DNA of 56,050 nt, from assembly GCA_018065665.1 (NCBI GenBank), contig JAGHSV010000034.1:1-56050 (forward strand), read 5' to 3'. The translations under genes were made by a program, and so were the position numbers. Below the pieces are notes generated by a model. That model was given only the letters and a program-made list of their open reading frames with translations, ran no database searches and was not told where the DNA came from. Positions 20,487 to 31,584 of this stretch are shown in pieces (positions within the stretch are counted from its first letter, which is position 1; each line of letters starts with the position of its first letter). The stretch is from Candidatus Sodaliphilus aphodohippi (lineage in GTDB: Bacteria; Bacteroidota; Bacteroidia; Bacteroidales; Muribaculaceae).

Positions 20487-20711
20487 GGATGCTCTCTTCT
20501 TGCCCTCTCCTGACCGCAACATTACATTCTGAATTTCTGATTTAGCGAAAAGTTTTTGCTTATTTGGGAAAAATGGTGTAATTTTGTAGTTTGTTGAGTG
20601 GGCGAAGTTTGCATTGTTGCTGACAAGTCGATGGCGAGATTAGCAAAGTGCAGACTTAATACTCAGTATATTAAAATATTGGAAACAAAAAAACAATAAA
20701 AATACATTACA

Positions 20712-21443
20712 ATGGGAAGAGCATTTGAATATCGCAAAGCGAGAAAACTGAAACGCTGGGGCAGCATGTCCCGCACGTTCACCAAGATTGGTAAAGAAAT
20801 CACAATAGCAGTTAAGGCTGGCGGTCCCGACCCCTCGTCTAACTCACGCCTGCGTGCGCTGATGGCCAACGCCAAGGCTGCCAACATGCCAAAGGACACC
20901 GTAGAGCGCGCCATCAAGAAGGCAAGTGACAAGGATGCCGGCGACTACAAGGAGGTTATCTATGAGGGATTTGGACCCAATGGCATCGCGGTTCTCGTCG
21001 AGACTGCAACCGACAACACCACCCGCACCGTTGCCAACCTGCGCAACTACTTCAACAAGAAGGGCGGCACACTGGGTAACTCGGGTACTGTTGCTTTCAT
21101 GTTCTCTCACAAGTGCTACTTCCACGTGGCACCCAAGGACGGCGTGACAGTTGATGACCTCGAACTGGAACTGATTGACTGTGGTGGCGAAGACTTTGAG
21201 ATGGACGAAGAGGAAATCCTGATTGGCGGCGCATTCGAGTCAAACAGCGACATCCAGAAGTATCTCGAGGACAACGGATTTGAAATCACCAGCAGCGAGT
21301 TTGTTTATGAACCCGCCGAGTATAAGGAACTGAGCGCCGAGCAGCGCGAGCAGGTTGAGGCACTCATCGAGGTACTCGAGGAGGATGAAGACGTGCAGAA
21401 CGTGTTCACCAACATGCAGGCCGGTGACGAAGGCGAAGAATAA
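20712..21443 (+). CDS. yebC: YebC/PmpR family protein
   Basis: MGRAFEYRKARK, ANMPKD, YEGFGP.G, TDN..RT, DVQNVFTN. Confidence 0.95.
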   Translation: MGRAFEYRKARKLKRWGSMSRTFTKIGKEITIAVKAGGPDPSSNSRLRALMANAKAANMPKDTVERAIKKASDKDAGDYKEVIYEGFGPNGIAVLVETATDNTTRTVANLRNYFNKKGGTLGNSGTVAFMFSHKCYFHVAPKDGVTVDDLELELIDCGGEDFEMDEEEILIGGAFESNSDIQKYLEDNGFEITSSEFVYEPAEYKELSAEQREQVEALIEVLEEDEDVQNVFTNMQAGDEGEE

Positions 21444-21603
21444 TCAATAGCACATAATATCGAAGAGCCAAATGCGGAGTGGCCACCAAGGCCAAGACAC
21501 CGTGCCGGCTCTTCGATTTTTGTATAGTCGAGCAACAAAATTGAGGGCACAGCGTAGCAATCGGTGCGTAATGTGCGTCTAACTAATAAAATAGAGAAAT
21601 GCT

Positions 21604-22512
<909 letters not shown>

Positions 22513-22520
22513 TCACAGCC

Positions 22521-23795
22521 ATGAATAAACTGAAACTGATTATAGCACGCGAATACCTGGAGATGGTTAAGCGCAAATCGTTCATTGTCATCACCCTGCT
22601 CATGCCGTTGCTGGTGTTGCTCGTGGGCGGAATCCCTGTCCTCATCAGCCAGCTTAACGGCGGCGGAGAGACCAAGGACGTCATCGTCATTGACGAGACC
22701 GGCAAGTATGCCGCCGCTCTTGCCGACAATGACACATACCACTTTGTTGCCCTCAGGGGAGACACCGTGACCGATGCCCGCGCCTTCTATGAGAAGACCG
22801 ACGGCAGCAGCGAGGCGATGATTGTCATCCCGCGGGACATCGACAGTACGGCAGTGGTGAACATATACAGCGAGGGCACCATCAACCTCTCCCTAAGGGA
22901 ATATGTTGCCGGTCGCCTCAGCGACACCATCAGCCAGGCTCGCATTGCGTCTTACAATATCCCCGAACTGAAAAGCATCATCGACAAGGCTAACGTTGAC
23001 GTGACCATCAACAGCGTCAAGTGGAGCGATGACGGCAGCGAGAGCGAGTCATCGACCGAGATGGCGATGATCATTGGCATGATTTTCTCGATGTTTATCT
23101 ACATGTTCGTGCTGATGTACGGTGCCATGATCATGAACGGCGTGGTCGAGGAGAAGACAAACCGAATTGTCGAGGTCATCGTCAGCAGTTGCAAACCGTT
23201 CCAGCTGATGATGGGCAAAATCATTGGTGTAGGGCTCGTTGGCCTGACGCAGTTTGCAGTATGGGTGCTTGTCATCGGGGCTGTCGTTCTGGCTATGGGA
23301 GGTGTAAGCAGTGTTGGTGTCGATGCGGGAGCAAGCGAGGACATGATGGCAATGATCATGTCTCAGGTTGCCAGTGTCAACTATCTGCCCATCATCTCGT
23401 GGTTCGTGCTCTATTTCATCGGCGGCTACCTTCTCTATGCGGCCCTGTTTGCCGCCTTCGGGTCGGCAGTTGACCAGGCCAGTGATGCAAGCCAGTTCAC
23501 CAGCCCCATCATCATTATCATGATTGTCGCGCTCTATGCCGGCATGGGCTGCATTGACAACCCCAACGGACCTATGGCTGTGTGGTGCTCGATGATACCG
23601 TTCACATCACCCATCGTGATGATGATACGTGTGCCCTACGATGTTCCAGCATGGCAGATGGTAGCCAGTCTGGCGCTGCTCTATGCGACCGCTGCCGGAA
23701 TTGTGTGGGTTGCTGCACGAATCTACCGCACCGGTATATTGATGTACGGCAAAAAACACACAATCAAAGATATTTTCAAATGGATTAAACAGTAA
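22521..23795 (+). CDS. ABC-2 type transporter permease (NatB-like)
   Basis: EEKTNRIVEV, MMGKIIG; one N-terminal TM plus C-terminal TM bundle. Confidence 0.9.
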   Translation: MNKLKLIIAREYLEMVKRKSFIVITLLMPLLVLLVGGIPVLISQLNGGGETKDVIVIDETGKYAAALADNDTYHFVALRGDTVTDARAFYEKTDGSSEAMIVIPRDIDSTAVVNIYSEGTINLSLREYVAGRLSDTISQARIASYNIPELKSIIDKANVDVTINSVKWSDDGSESESSTEMAMIIGMIFSMFIYMFVLMYGAMIMNGVVEEKTNRIVEVIVSSCKPFQLMMGKIIGVGLVGLTQFAVWVLVIGAVVLAMGGVSSVGVDAGASEDMMAMIMSQVASVNYLPIISWFVLYFIGGYLLYAALFAAFGSAVDQASDASQFTSPIIIIMIVALYAGMGCIDNPNGPMAVWCSMIPFTSPIVMMIRVPYDVPAWQMVASLALLYATAAGIVWVAARIYRTGILMYGKKHTIKDIFKWIKQ

Positions 23796-23801
23796 AGACA
23801 A

Positions 23802-25043
23802 ATGGCAGAAAGTAATTTTATTGATTACGTTAAGATATTGTGCCGCAGCGGGCACGGAGGTGCCGGCTCGGCCCACCTCCATCGCGCCAAGTATGTCCCC
23901 AAGGGAGGCCCCGACGGGGGCGACGGCGGGCGCGGCGGACACGTTTTCCTGAAGGGTAACCGCAACCTGTGGACCCTGATTCACCTGAAATATACTCGCC
24001 ACATCTTTGCCACCAACGGTCAGGCAGGTTCAGAGAACCAGTCAACGGGCAAGGACGGCGAGGACCGCACCATCGAGGTTCCCTGCGGGACAGCGGTATA
24101 TGATGCCGAGACAGGACAGTTCCTGTGTGACGTCACCGAACACGGACAGGTAGTGCGTCTGCTCAGGGGCGGGCGTGGCGGACTGGGCAACACCCACTTC
24201 AAGACCGCCACACGCCAGACTCCGCGTTTTGCGCAGCCCGGCGAGCGAGGCGTCGAAAAGAGCGTTATCCTGGAGCTGAAGGTGCTTGCCGACGTAGGTC
24301 TGGTGGGATTCCCCAATGCCGGAAAGTCAACGCTGCTCAGTGTCATATCGGCAGCCAAACCCAAGATTGCCAATTACCCGTTCACCACACTGGAACCCAA
24401 CCTTGGCATCGTAAGCTATCGCGGGCAGCAGTCGTTTGTCATGGCCGACATTCCCGGCATTATCGAGGGTGCCAGCGAGGGCAGGGGCCTGGGTCTGCGC
24501 TTCTTGAGGCATATTGAACGTAACGCCGTGTTGCTGTTCATGATACCCGCCGACACCGATGACATCAAGCACGAGTATGAGGTGCTGTGCAACGAATTGG
24601 ACACTTTCAACCCCGACCTGGTTGAGAAACCGCGCGTGCTGGCAATCACCAAGTGTGACATGCTTGACGACGAACTGATCGAGGAGATGCGCCCGATGCT
24701 GCCCGACGGCATTGAGTGCGTGTTTATCTCGAGCGTGGCACAGATGGGGCTAACCCAACTGAAAGACCTGCTGTGGCGCACCATCAATGACGAGCGCAAC
24801 CGCATTCCCGAGACCGTCACACACCGTGACCTTGACGAGCAACACCGTGTCAAGGCCGAGGATGACTTCATCTTTGAGGCCGAGAAAGACGAGACTGTCG
24901 AGGACGAAGTTTCGTATGACAAAAACGCCGGCGGCAAGATGATCAACCCCGACAGCAAGGAGTGGAGCGACGAATACTGGGACAGCGACTATCGCGACGA
25001 GAACGACGACTTCCAGGTGGTCAGCGACCCCGACGAACAGTAA
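23802..25043 (+). CDS. obgE: GTPase ObgE
   Basis: [34 protein letters not shown]. Confidence 0.97.
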   Translation: MAESNFIDYVKILCRSGHGGAGSAHLHRAKYVPKGGPDGGDGGRGGHVFLKGNRNLWTLIHLKYTRHIFATNGQAGSENQSTGKDGEDRTIEVPCGTAVYDAETGQFLCDVTEHGQVVRLLRGGRGGLGNTHFKTATRQTPRFAQPGERGVEKSVILELKVLADVGLVGFPNAGKSTLLSVISAAKPKIANYPFTTLEPNLGIVSYRGQQSFVMADIPGIIEGASEGRGLGLRFLRHIERNAVLLFMIPADTDDIKHEYEVLCNELDTFNPDLVEKPRVLAITKCDMLDDELIEEMRPMLPDGIECVFISSVAQMGLTQLKDLLWRTINDERNRIPETVTHRDLDEQHRVKAEDDFIFEAEKDETVEDEVSYDKNAGGKMINPDSKEWSDEYWDSDYRDENDDFQVVSDPDEQ

Positions 25044-25055
25044 TCAAGGTTTATT

Positions 25056-26564
25056 ATGATAGATTTCACGCCACTTGTCCGCGGGCATTTCAATAACCGG
25101 CTGCAGGAGCAGTTGAGGTTTATTGACTATGCCGACAGCGTCCAGCAGGGCGAACTGGTGCGGCTTGTGGAGAAAGCGTCGCTGACGTGGTTCGGCCGCA
25201 AATATGACTTCTCGACCATCAGGACCTACCACGACTTTGCCAGTCGTGTGCCGTTGTTCTCCTATGAAGACATACGTCCGATGGTAATGCGCATGGTCAA
25301 AGGCGAGAGCAGCGTGCTGTGGCCGGGACGGACAATGAGGTTTGCCCAGTCAAGCGGCACCACCGGCGGCAAAAGCAAATATATCCCAGTCACCATTGAG
25401 TCTCTGAGGTGGAACCATTACCGTGGAGCCAGCGACGTGGTAGCCCATTACCTGAACCTGAATCCCGAGAGCCGCCTGTTCTCTGGCAGGGCGCTGATAC
25501 TGGGCGGCAGTTTTGCCAATGAACTGGACTTGCCCCGCGGTGTCAAGGTGGGTGACTTGAGCGCCAACCTCATCGAGGGTATGAATCCGCTTGCCAACCT
25601 GTTCAGGGCGCCGGGCAAGGATATCGCCCTGATGGAGGACTGGAACGAGAAACTGCCGGCACTGGTCAAGGCCGCTGCCGACAAGAATATCACCAACCTT
25701 AGTGGTGTGCCGTCGTGGTTCCTCACTGTTATCAAAGAGGTTATGAAGTTGAAAGGGGCTTCATGCCTGCACGATGTATGGCCCAACCTCGAGGTGTTCT
25801 TCCATGGTGGAATCGCCTTTGGACCTTATCGTCAGCAGTATGAGAACCTGTGCGACATGAGCCGCATGCACTTCCTTGACACCTACAACGCCAGCGAGGG
25901 GTTCTTTGCCGTGCAGTCGTCGTGGGAGTCAAGCGCGATGATGCTGTTGCTTGACGCCGGAGTGTTCTATGAGTTCATTCCGTTGAGTGATATCGACAGC
26001 CGTACCCCCGAGGTGTATCCGATATGGGAAATTGAAGCCGGCAAAACCTACGAACTGGTTATCACGGCATGTAACGGACTGTGGCGTTACCGGATTGGCG
26101 ACACCGTTACCATAGACCAGCTCAATCCGGTGAAAATCAGGATTGCAGGACGCACCAGCAGTTTTATCAACGCGTTTGGCGAGGAACTGATGGTCCACAA
26201 TGCCGACGCTGCCATCACTGCCGCCGCACTGGCTACCGGGGCCACGGTGCTCAACTATACCGCCGCGCCCGTCTTTGCCGATGGCGACCAAAAAGGCTGC
26301 CACCAGTGGCTCGTTGAATTCGGCAAACAACCGTCGAGCCTCGAAGCGTTTGCCGCAGCGCTGGATAGCCGTCTGAAAGAGGTGAACAGCGACTATGAGG
26401 CCAAGCGAGGCGGCGACATCTTTCTGGCTGCCCCACAGATAACTGTGGCACAAACGGGGTTGTTTGACCGATGGTTGGCAAGCACCGGAAAACTGGGAGG
26501 ACAGCGCAAGGTGCCGCGCCTGAGCAATGACCGCAGGATAATCGAGAGCATGATGAATTTATAG
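25056..26564 (+). CDS. GH3 auxin-responsive family protein (acyl-acid amido synthetase fold)
   Basis: SSGTTGGKSKYIP, YNASEG, GLWRYRIGD, GQRKVPRL. Confidence 0.9.
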   Translation: MIDFTPLVRGHFNNRLQEQLRFIDYADSVQQGELVRLVEKASLTWFGRKYDFSTIRTYHDFASRVPLFSYEDIRPMVMRMVKGESSVLWPGRTMRFAQSSGTTGGKSKYIPVTIESLRWNHYRGASDVVAHYLNLNPESRLFSGRALILGGSFANELDLPRGVKVGDLSANLIEGMNPLANLFRAPGKDIALMEDWNEKLPALVKAAADKNITNLSGVPSWFLTVIKEVMKLKGASCLHDVWPNLEVFFHGGIAFGPYRQQYENLCDMSRMHFLDTYNASEGFFAVQSSWESSAMMLLLDAGVFYEFIPLSDIDSRTPEVYPIWEIEAGKTYELVITACNGLWRYRIGDTVTIDQLNPVKIRIAGRTSSFINAFGEELMVHNADAAITAAALATGATVLNYTAAPVFADGDQKGCHQWLVEFGKQPSSLEAFAAALDSRLKEVNSDYEAKRGGDIFLAAPQITVAQTGLFDRWLASTGKLGGQRKVPRLSNDRRIIESMMNL

Positions 26565-26569
26565 GGACT

Positions 26570-27850
26570 ATGGAACGCATTATGCAATATGTGTGGCAGC
26601 ATCGCCTATGGATGAGCGAGGACATGGTGACCAACGACGGCCGCCGCGTTCAGGTGCTTGACCCGGGGCGGCTGAACACCGACCAAGGCCCCGACTTCTT
26701 TAATGCCAAGGTGAAAATTGACGGTCAGGTGTGGGTGGGCAACATAGAAATTCATGTGCGCGCCACCGACTGGCACCGCCACGGCCATGACACCGACAAA
26801 GCCTATGACAGTGTTATCCTGCATGTCGTTGACAAGGATGACGCTCCCGTATATCGCTCGAACGGTGAACGCATTCCGCAGCTGGTGCTGCAATGCTCGC
26901 CCCGATTCGGGCAACAACTGTCCCAACTCGTTAACGCCCAAGTCGAGATTCCGTGTGCGTCGTCGCTGCCGACACTGCCGGCGCTGCTGGTGACCGAGTG
27001 GACCGAGGCCCTTGCCTTCGAGCGTATGCACGGCAAGGTGGGACGCATAGCCGACCTGCACAAGTCCACGATGGGAAACTGGGAGGAGATATGCTATGTG
27101 ACCCTGGCGCGTAACCTGGGGTTCGGAGTCAACAGCGATGCCATGGAGCGACTGGCGCGCCGCACCCCGCTGAGACTCCTTCACAAACACAGCGACTCGC
27201 TGCTTCAGGTTGAGGCGCTGCTGTTCGGTCAGGCCGGCATGCTGACCGATGTGGCTGTCACCGACCAATATACAAGCCAACTCAAACGTGAGTATGATTT
27301 CCTGGCCAACAAGTTCAGTCTCACCCCGATGGAGCATGAGGCATGGAAGATGTTCAGGATGCGTCCCGCCAACTTTCCAGCCCGCCGCATTGCCATGCTT
27401 GCCCACTTCATCAAGGGCGGTTTCAACCTGATGCAAGCCATCCTGGAGGCTGCCGACGAGAAAGCCCTGCGCGAACTGTTCAGCGTCGAGCTGACCGGTT
27501 ACTGGGCAACCCACTATGCCTTGGGCAAAGAGAGCGACATGGGTGCGAGGGCGATGGGCAACAAGTCGATAGATATCGTTCTAATCAATACCGTGGCGCC
27601 ATTATACTATGCCTATAGCGAGATTAACGGCAACTATGAGATGGGCGAACGTGCCGTATCACTGCTCGAGCAACTGCCGCCCGAACGCAACTCAGTCATC
27701 GATGCTTGGAATCGTGCCGGCATCGCCACCCCCGACGCCCTGTCAACCCAGGCAATGTTGCAACTGAAACGCGAGTACTGCGATGCCCGTAAGTGCATCT
27801 ACTGCAAGTTCGGGCACCATCTCCTCTCCATCGCGGCACGCCTCAAGTAG
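26570..27850 (+). CDS. DUF2851 family protein
   Basis: GPDFFNA, GNIEIH, W..HGH..D..YDSVILHVV, RPANFP, terminal C...C..C. Confidence 0.88.
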   Translation: MERIMQYVWQHRLWMSEDMVTNDGRRVQVLDPGRLNTDQGPDFFNAKVKIDGQVWVGNIEIHVRATDWHRHGHDTDKAYDSVILHVVDKDDAPVYRSNGERIPQLVLQCSPRFGQQLSQLVNAQVEIPCASSLPTLPALLVTEWTEALAFERMHGKVGRIADLHKSTMGNWEEICYVTLARNLGFGVNSDAMERLARRTPLRLLHKHSDSLLQVEALLFGQAGMLTDVAVTDQYTSQLKREYDFLANKFSLTPMEHEAWKMFRMRPANFPARRIAMLAHFIKGGFNLMQAILEAADEKALRELFSVELTGYWATHYALGKESDMGARAMGNKSIDIVLINTVAPLYYAYSEINGNYEMGERAVSLLEQLPPERNSVIDAWNRAGIATPDALSTQAMLQLKREYCDARKCIYCKFGHHLLSIAARLK

Positions 27851-28319
27851 CCCTCGCCATCATTAAATTTTCCAATTCAAGAGCATAAACTTCTTTAAAA
27901 TATATTAAAGAATATTATAGTATGTTAATAGGGGCTGGATATTGGCATTTTCATATATAATTGTGTTTTAGGAATTTACAAATGCAATTTCTTTTCAAAA
28001 CCTTAAATATTTGGCAAATAACCTGATAATTGGTTAACCATTGTTTTGTTTTATTTATTTTTTTTTCGCAATTTTGCATTTGAAATTAATTGCTATAATG
28101 CGCTCTGCAGGCAAAACACGCCGATTACTACTTGCAGAGAGTCTTATAATAATTATGGTGTGAAAAGCAAAAAAAGTTGTATTTTTGTTGCGTATCACAA
28201 AAAATATTTGCAATTTTGCATTTAAAATGACATTGGGGAAGTGTTTCCCGTGCCGTTTTAATACATAAAAACGAGTGATAGATAACTATTTTTTATAAAC
28301 CAACTCACAAAATGTGCGT

Positions 28320-31300
28320 ATGAAAAAACAATGTGTATTGTTGGCTGCGCTCGCTATCGCATGTGGTGCTCCTGTTGGTCTGACTTCAAGTCAGAGCAAT
28401 ATGGGTTTCACTGCTGTTGCGCAAAACAACAAAGTTACAGGTGTCGTTACGGACGCCTCTGGTGAGCCGCTGATCGGTGCTACCGTAATGGTCAAAGGGA
28501 CCAGCCGTGGTACTTCAACCGACATCGACGGTCGTTACAGTATTAATGCCCCCCAGGGCAGCACTCTTGTGATTTCTTACATCGGCTCTAAGCCAATGGA
28601 AATCAAGGTTACAGGTTCTAACCTGGACGTTACAATGGAAAGCAGTGACACTAACCTCGACGAGGTTGTTGTTACCGCGCTCGGTATCAAGAAGGAACGC
28701 AAGTCTCTCGGTTATGCCGTAGACGACCTGAAGGCCGAGGAACTTATGAGAAACAAAACTGCAAACGCTATCAGCTCGCTCTCTGGTAAGATTGCAGGTG
28801 TTAACATTACTCAGTCATCGGGTGCTGCAGGTGCAGGTGCACAGATCATCCTTCGTGGTGGTACATCTGGTTCTGAAAACCGTGACAACCAGCCTCTGTT
28901 CGTTGTAGATGGTATCATCTATGATAACTCTTCTTCAGTTGTTGGTAACACCGGTTTCGATGGATCTGGCAAGACCTCGACTACTACTTCTAACCGTGTA
29001 ATGGATATCAACCCCGAGGATATCGAGAACATGTCTATCCTCAAGGGCCCGGCTGCATCGGCACTTTACGGTTCACGCGCAGCAAACGGTGTTGTCCTGA
29101 TCACTACCAAGAAAGGTAAAGCAGGTAATGTTGAAATCAACCTGAACGCCAAGTACATCTCTTCACGCGTTAAGACTCTGCCCGACGTACAGAATCAGTA
29201 TCGCCGCGGTTTCATGCAGGATAACTATGACGAGACTACCAAGGCTTACATCAACACCACTTTCAACCCCAAATCTTATCAGTCATGGGGTAATGAAATT
29301 GGCAACGATCCCGTTTATGACAACATTGGCAACTTCTTCCAGACCGGTGGCATCTGGGACACCAACCTGAGCATCAGCGGTGGTACCGAGACAGGTAACT
29401 TCTACCTGAGCGGTTCTTACTACGATCAGACCGGTGTTGTTCCCGAGACTGGTTACAAGAAGACTACCTTCCGTTTCAACGGCGAGCAGAAGTACAAAAT
29501 CTTCACCTTCGGTGCAAATGCAGCTTATAGCGACGCACGCACTGCACGTACCCTCACCAGCGGTGGTCTTTATGGTTCAAGCGGTAGCGGTGCCCTCTAC
29601 GGTGTTTACACCTGGGCTCCCAGCAACGACATGACCCACTACCTCAACGAGGACGGTACACGTTTCAAACAGTTTGACGATCTTATGAACTGGGAAGAGA
29701 GCGACAACCCCTACTGGATCATCAACAACAACAAACTGAGCGACCAGACTGAACGCTTCACCGGCGGTTTCAACGTTAAGGCCGACATCACCGACTGGTG
29801 GTTCATCAACTACCGTATGGGTGTCGACAGCTACACTCAGACCAACCACAACTTCGTTGCTCCCAACGGTGTTGTTAAGCAAGAGTGGCAGCAGGGTATG
29901 ATGAGTGACAACGACCTCAAGTATCGTTACCTCTCAACCAACTTGATGACCAACTTCAACAAGCAGTTTGGTGACTTCAACTTCAACCTGATGCTCGGTA
30001 CTTCAACCGACTACACTAAGTACAAACGCAACTATCGTATGGCTACTCACTTTGCAGTTCCCGAGTTCTTCTCGTTCTCTAACGCAGGTGAGAATGACAA
30101 GAAGTTCGAACAGAGCAATACCCGCAAGCGCCTTGTTGCCGTATTCGGCGAGTTCCGCGCTGACTGGCGTAACGCTATCTTCTTGACTGTTACTGGCCGT
30201 AACGACTGGACTTCTACACTGCCTCTTGACAACCGTTCTTACTTCTATCCCAGCGTAAGTGGTGCAATCGCATTCACAGAGCTCATGGGTGAGGCTAAGC
30301 CCGAATGGCTGAGCTTCGGTAAGATTCGCGCAAGCTGGGCTAAGGTAGGTAAGGATACCGGCGCTTATGAGACCGCAACTTATCTGTGGCCCACCGGTAC
30401 ATATCTGCTGGGTAAGGTTGGTCGGGGTAACACCTGGACTCGTGGTAACCCATTCATCAAGCCTGAGATGAGCCGCTCGAGCGAGTTTGGTATTGAACTC
30501 CGCTTCCTCCAGAATCGTTTGAAATTCGACCTCTGCTACTACAACAACAAGTCTTACAACCAGATCCTTTCTCCGCGTGGACCTCAGTCAACTGGTTACA
30601 TCTTCTGCTCTATCAACGCAGGTACAGTTTACAACAAGGGTCTTGAGTTCAGCCTCAGCGGAACTCCCATTCAGACTAAGGACTTCACTTGGGAAACCGG
30701 TATCAACATCGCCGGCAACCGTGGTACAATGGAAGACCTTCCCGCAGGTATGGACATTATGTACGTAACCGACGTTCAGTATGCAGGTGCTAAGGCTGCT
30801 ACATTCAGTGGCGGTAGCTTCATGGGTATCTCTGGTACTCAGTGGGCACGCAACCCCGAAGGCAAGATCATCCTTGACAAGAACGGCATGCCTACTCCCG
30901 ATAACAGCAAGACTACATTCCAGGTTGGTAACCGCGAGGCTAAGTTCACTGGCGGTTGGAACAACACCTTTACTTACAAGAACCTCTCACTCAACATGCT
31001 GTGGGAGTTCCGCGTAGGTGGCGACGTATTCAACGGAACCAAGTACACTATGACTATGGCTGGTGTTAGCCAGTTCTCAGCTGACTTCCGCAACGAGCCT
31101 CTCACCATCGCTGGTGTAATCGAGAAGGGTAAGGACGCTGATGGCGTAATGCAGTACGAAGATGTTTCTAACACTTGGGAACCCAACAAGATGTACAACT
31201 TCAACGGTCAGGACATGCCGGGTTCAAGCATCATCAAACGCTACTACACCAACGAGTACAATACCGAGGTTAAGAATTGGCTCACAACTGTTAACAGCCT

Positions 31301-31544
31301 GCGTCTGCGCTCAATCACTTTGAGCTATGACCTGCCCAAAGCATTCTTGGCTAAGACTAAGGTTATCAAGAGAGCTTCTATCTCGGCAAGCGCAACCAAC
31401 CTGTTGCTGTTCACCAACTATGACGGTGATCCCGAGGTTGCTGCATCTGGTTCGGGTACAGGTGGTTCAAGCTCAGTTGGCTTCGACTACTGCGGTGTTC
31501 CCGCTACTCAGAGCTTCTCACTGGGTGTAAACCTCACATTCTAA
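28320..31544 (+). CDS. SusC/RagA TonB-dependent transporter
   Basis: GEPLIGATV, LDEVVVTALG, DINPEDIENMSILKGPAASALYGSRAANGVVLITTKKG, terminal F; start ATG 28320 or GTG 28314. Confidence 0.96.
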   Translation: MKKQCVLLAALAIACGAPVGLTSSQSNMGFTAVAQNNKVTGVVTDASGEPLIGATVMVKGTSRGTSTDIDGRYSINAPQGSTLVISYIGSKPMEIKVTGSNLDVTMESSDTNLDEVVVTALGIKKERKSLGYAVDDLKAEELMRNKTANAISSLSGKIAGVNITQSSGAAGAGAQIILRGGTSGSENRDNQPLFVVDGIIYDNSSSVVGNTGFDGSGKTSTTTSNRVMDINPEDIENMSILKGPAASALYGSRAANGVVLITTKKGKAGNVEINLNAKYISSRVKTLPDVQNQYRRGFMQDNYDETTKAYINTTFNPKSYQSWGNEIGNDPVYDNIGNFFQTGGIWDTNLSISGGTETGNFYLSGSYYDQTGVVPETGYKKTTFRFNGEQKYKIFTFGANAAYSDARTARTLTSGGLYGSSGSGALYGVYTWAPSNDMTHYLNEDGTRFKQFDDLMNWEESDNPYWIINNNKLSDQTERFTGGFNVKADITDWWFINYRMGVDSYTQTNHNFVAPNGVVKQEWQQGMMSDNDLKYRYLSTNLMTNFNKQFGDFNFNLMLGTSTDYTKYKRNYRMATHFAVPEFFSFSNAGENDKKFEQSNTRKRLVAVFGEFRADWRNAIFLTVTGRNDWTSTLPLDNRSYFYPSVSGAIAFTELMGEAKPEWLSFGKIRASWAKVGKDTGAYETATYLWPTGTYLLGKVGRGNTWTRGNPFIKPEMSRSSEFGIELRFLQNRLKFDLCYYNNKSYNQILSPRGPQSTGYIFCSINAGTVYNKGLEFSLSGTPIQTKDFTWETGINIAGNRGTMEDLPAGMDIMYVTDVQYAGAKAATFSGGSFMGISGTQWARNPEGKIILDKNGMPTPDNSKTTFQVGNREAKFTGGWNNTFTYKNLSLNMLWEFRVGGDVFNGTKYTMTMAGVSQFSADFRNEPLTIAGVIEKGKDADGVMQYEDVSNTWEPNKMYNFNGQDMPGSSIIKRYYTNEYNTEVKNWLTTVNSLRLRSITLSYDLPKAFLAKTKVIKRASISASATNLLLFTNYDGDPEVAASGSGTGGSSSVGFDYCGVPATQSFSLGVNLTF

Positions 31545-31584
31545 TATATAGGAATTGTTGAACCTAATTTAAATCACAATTAAT

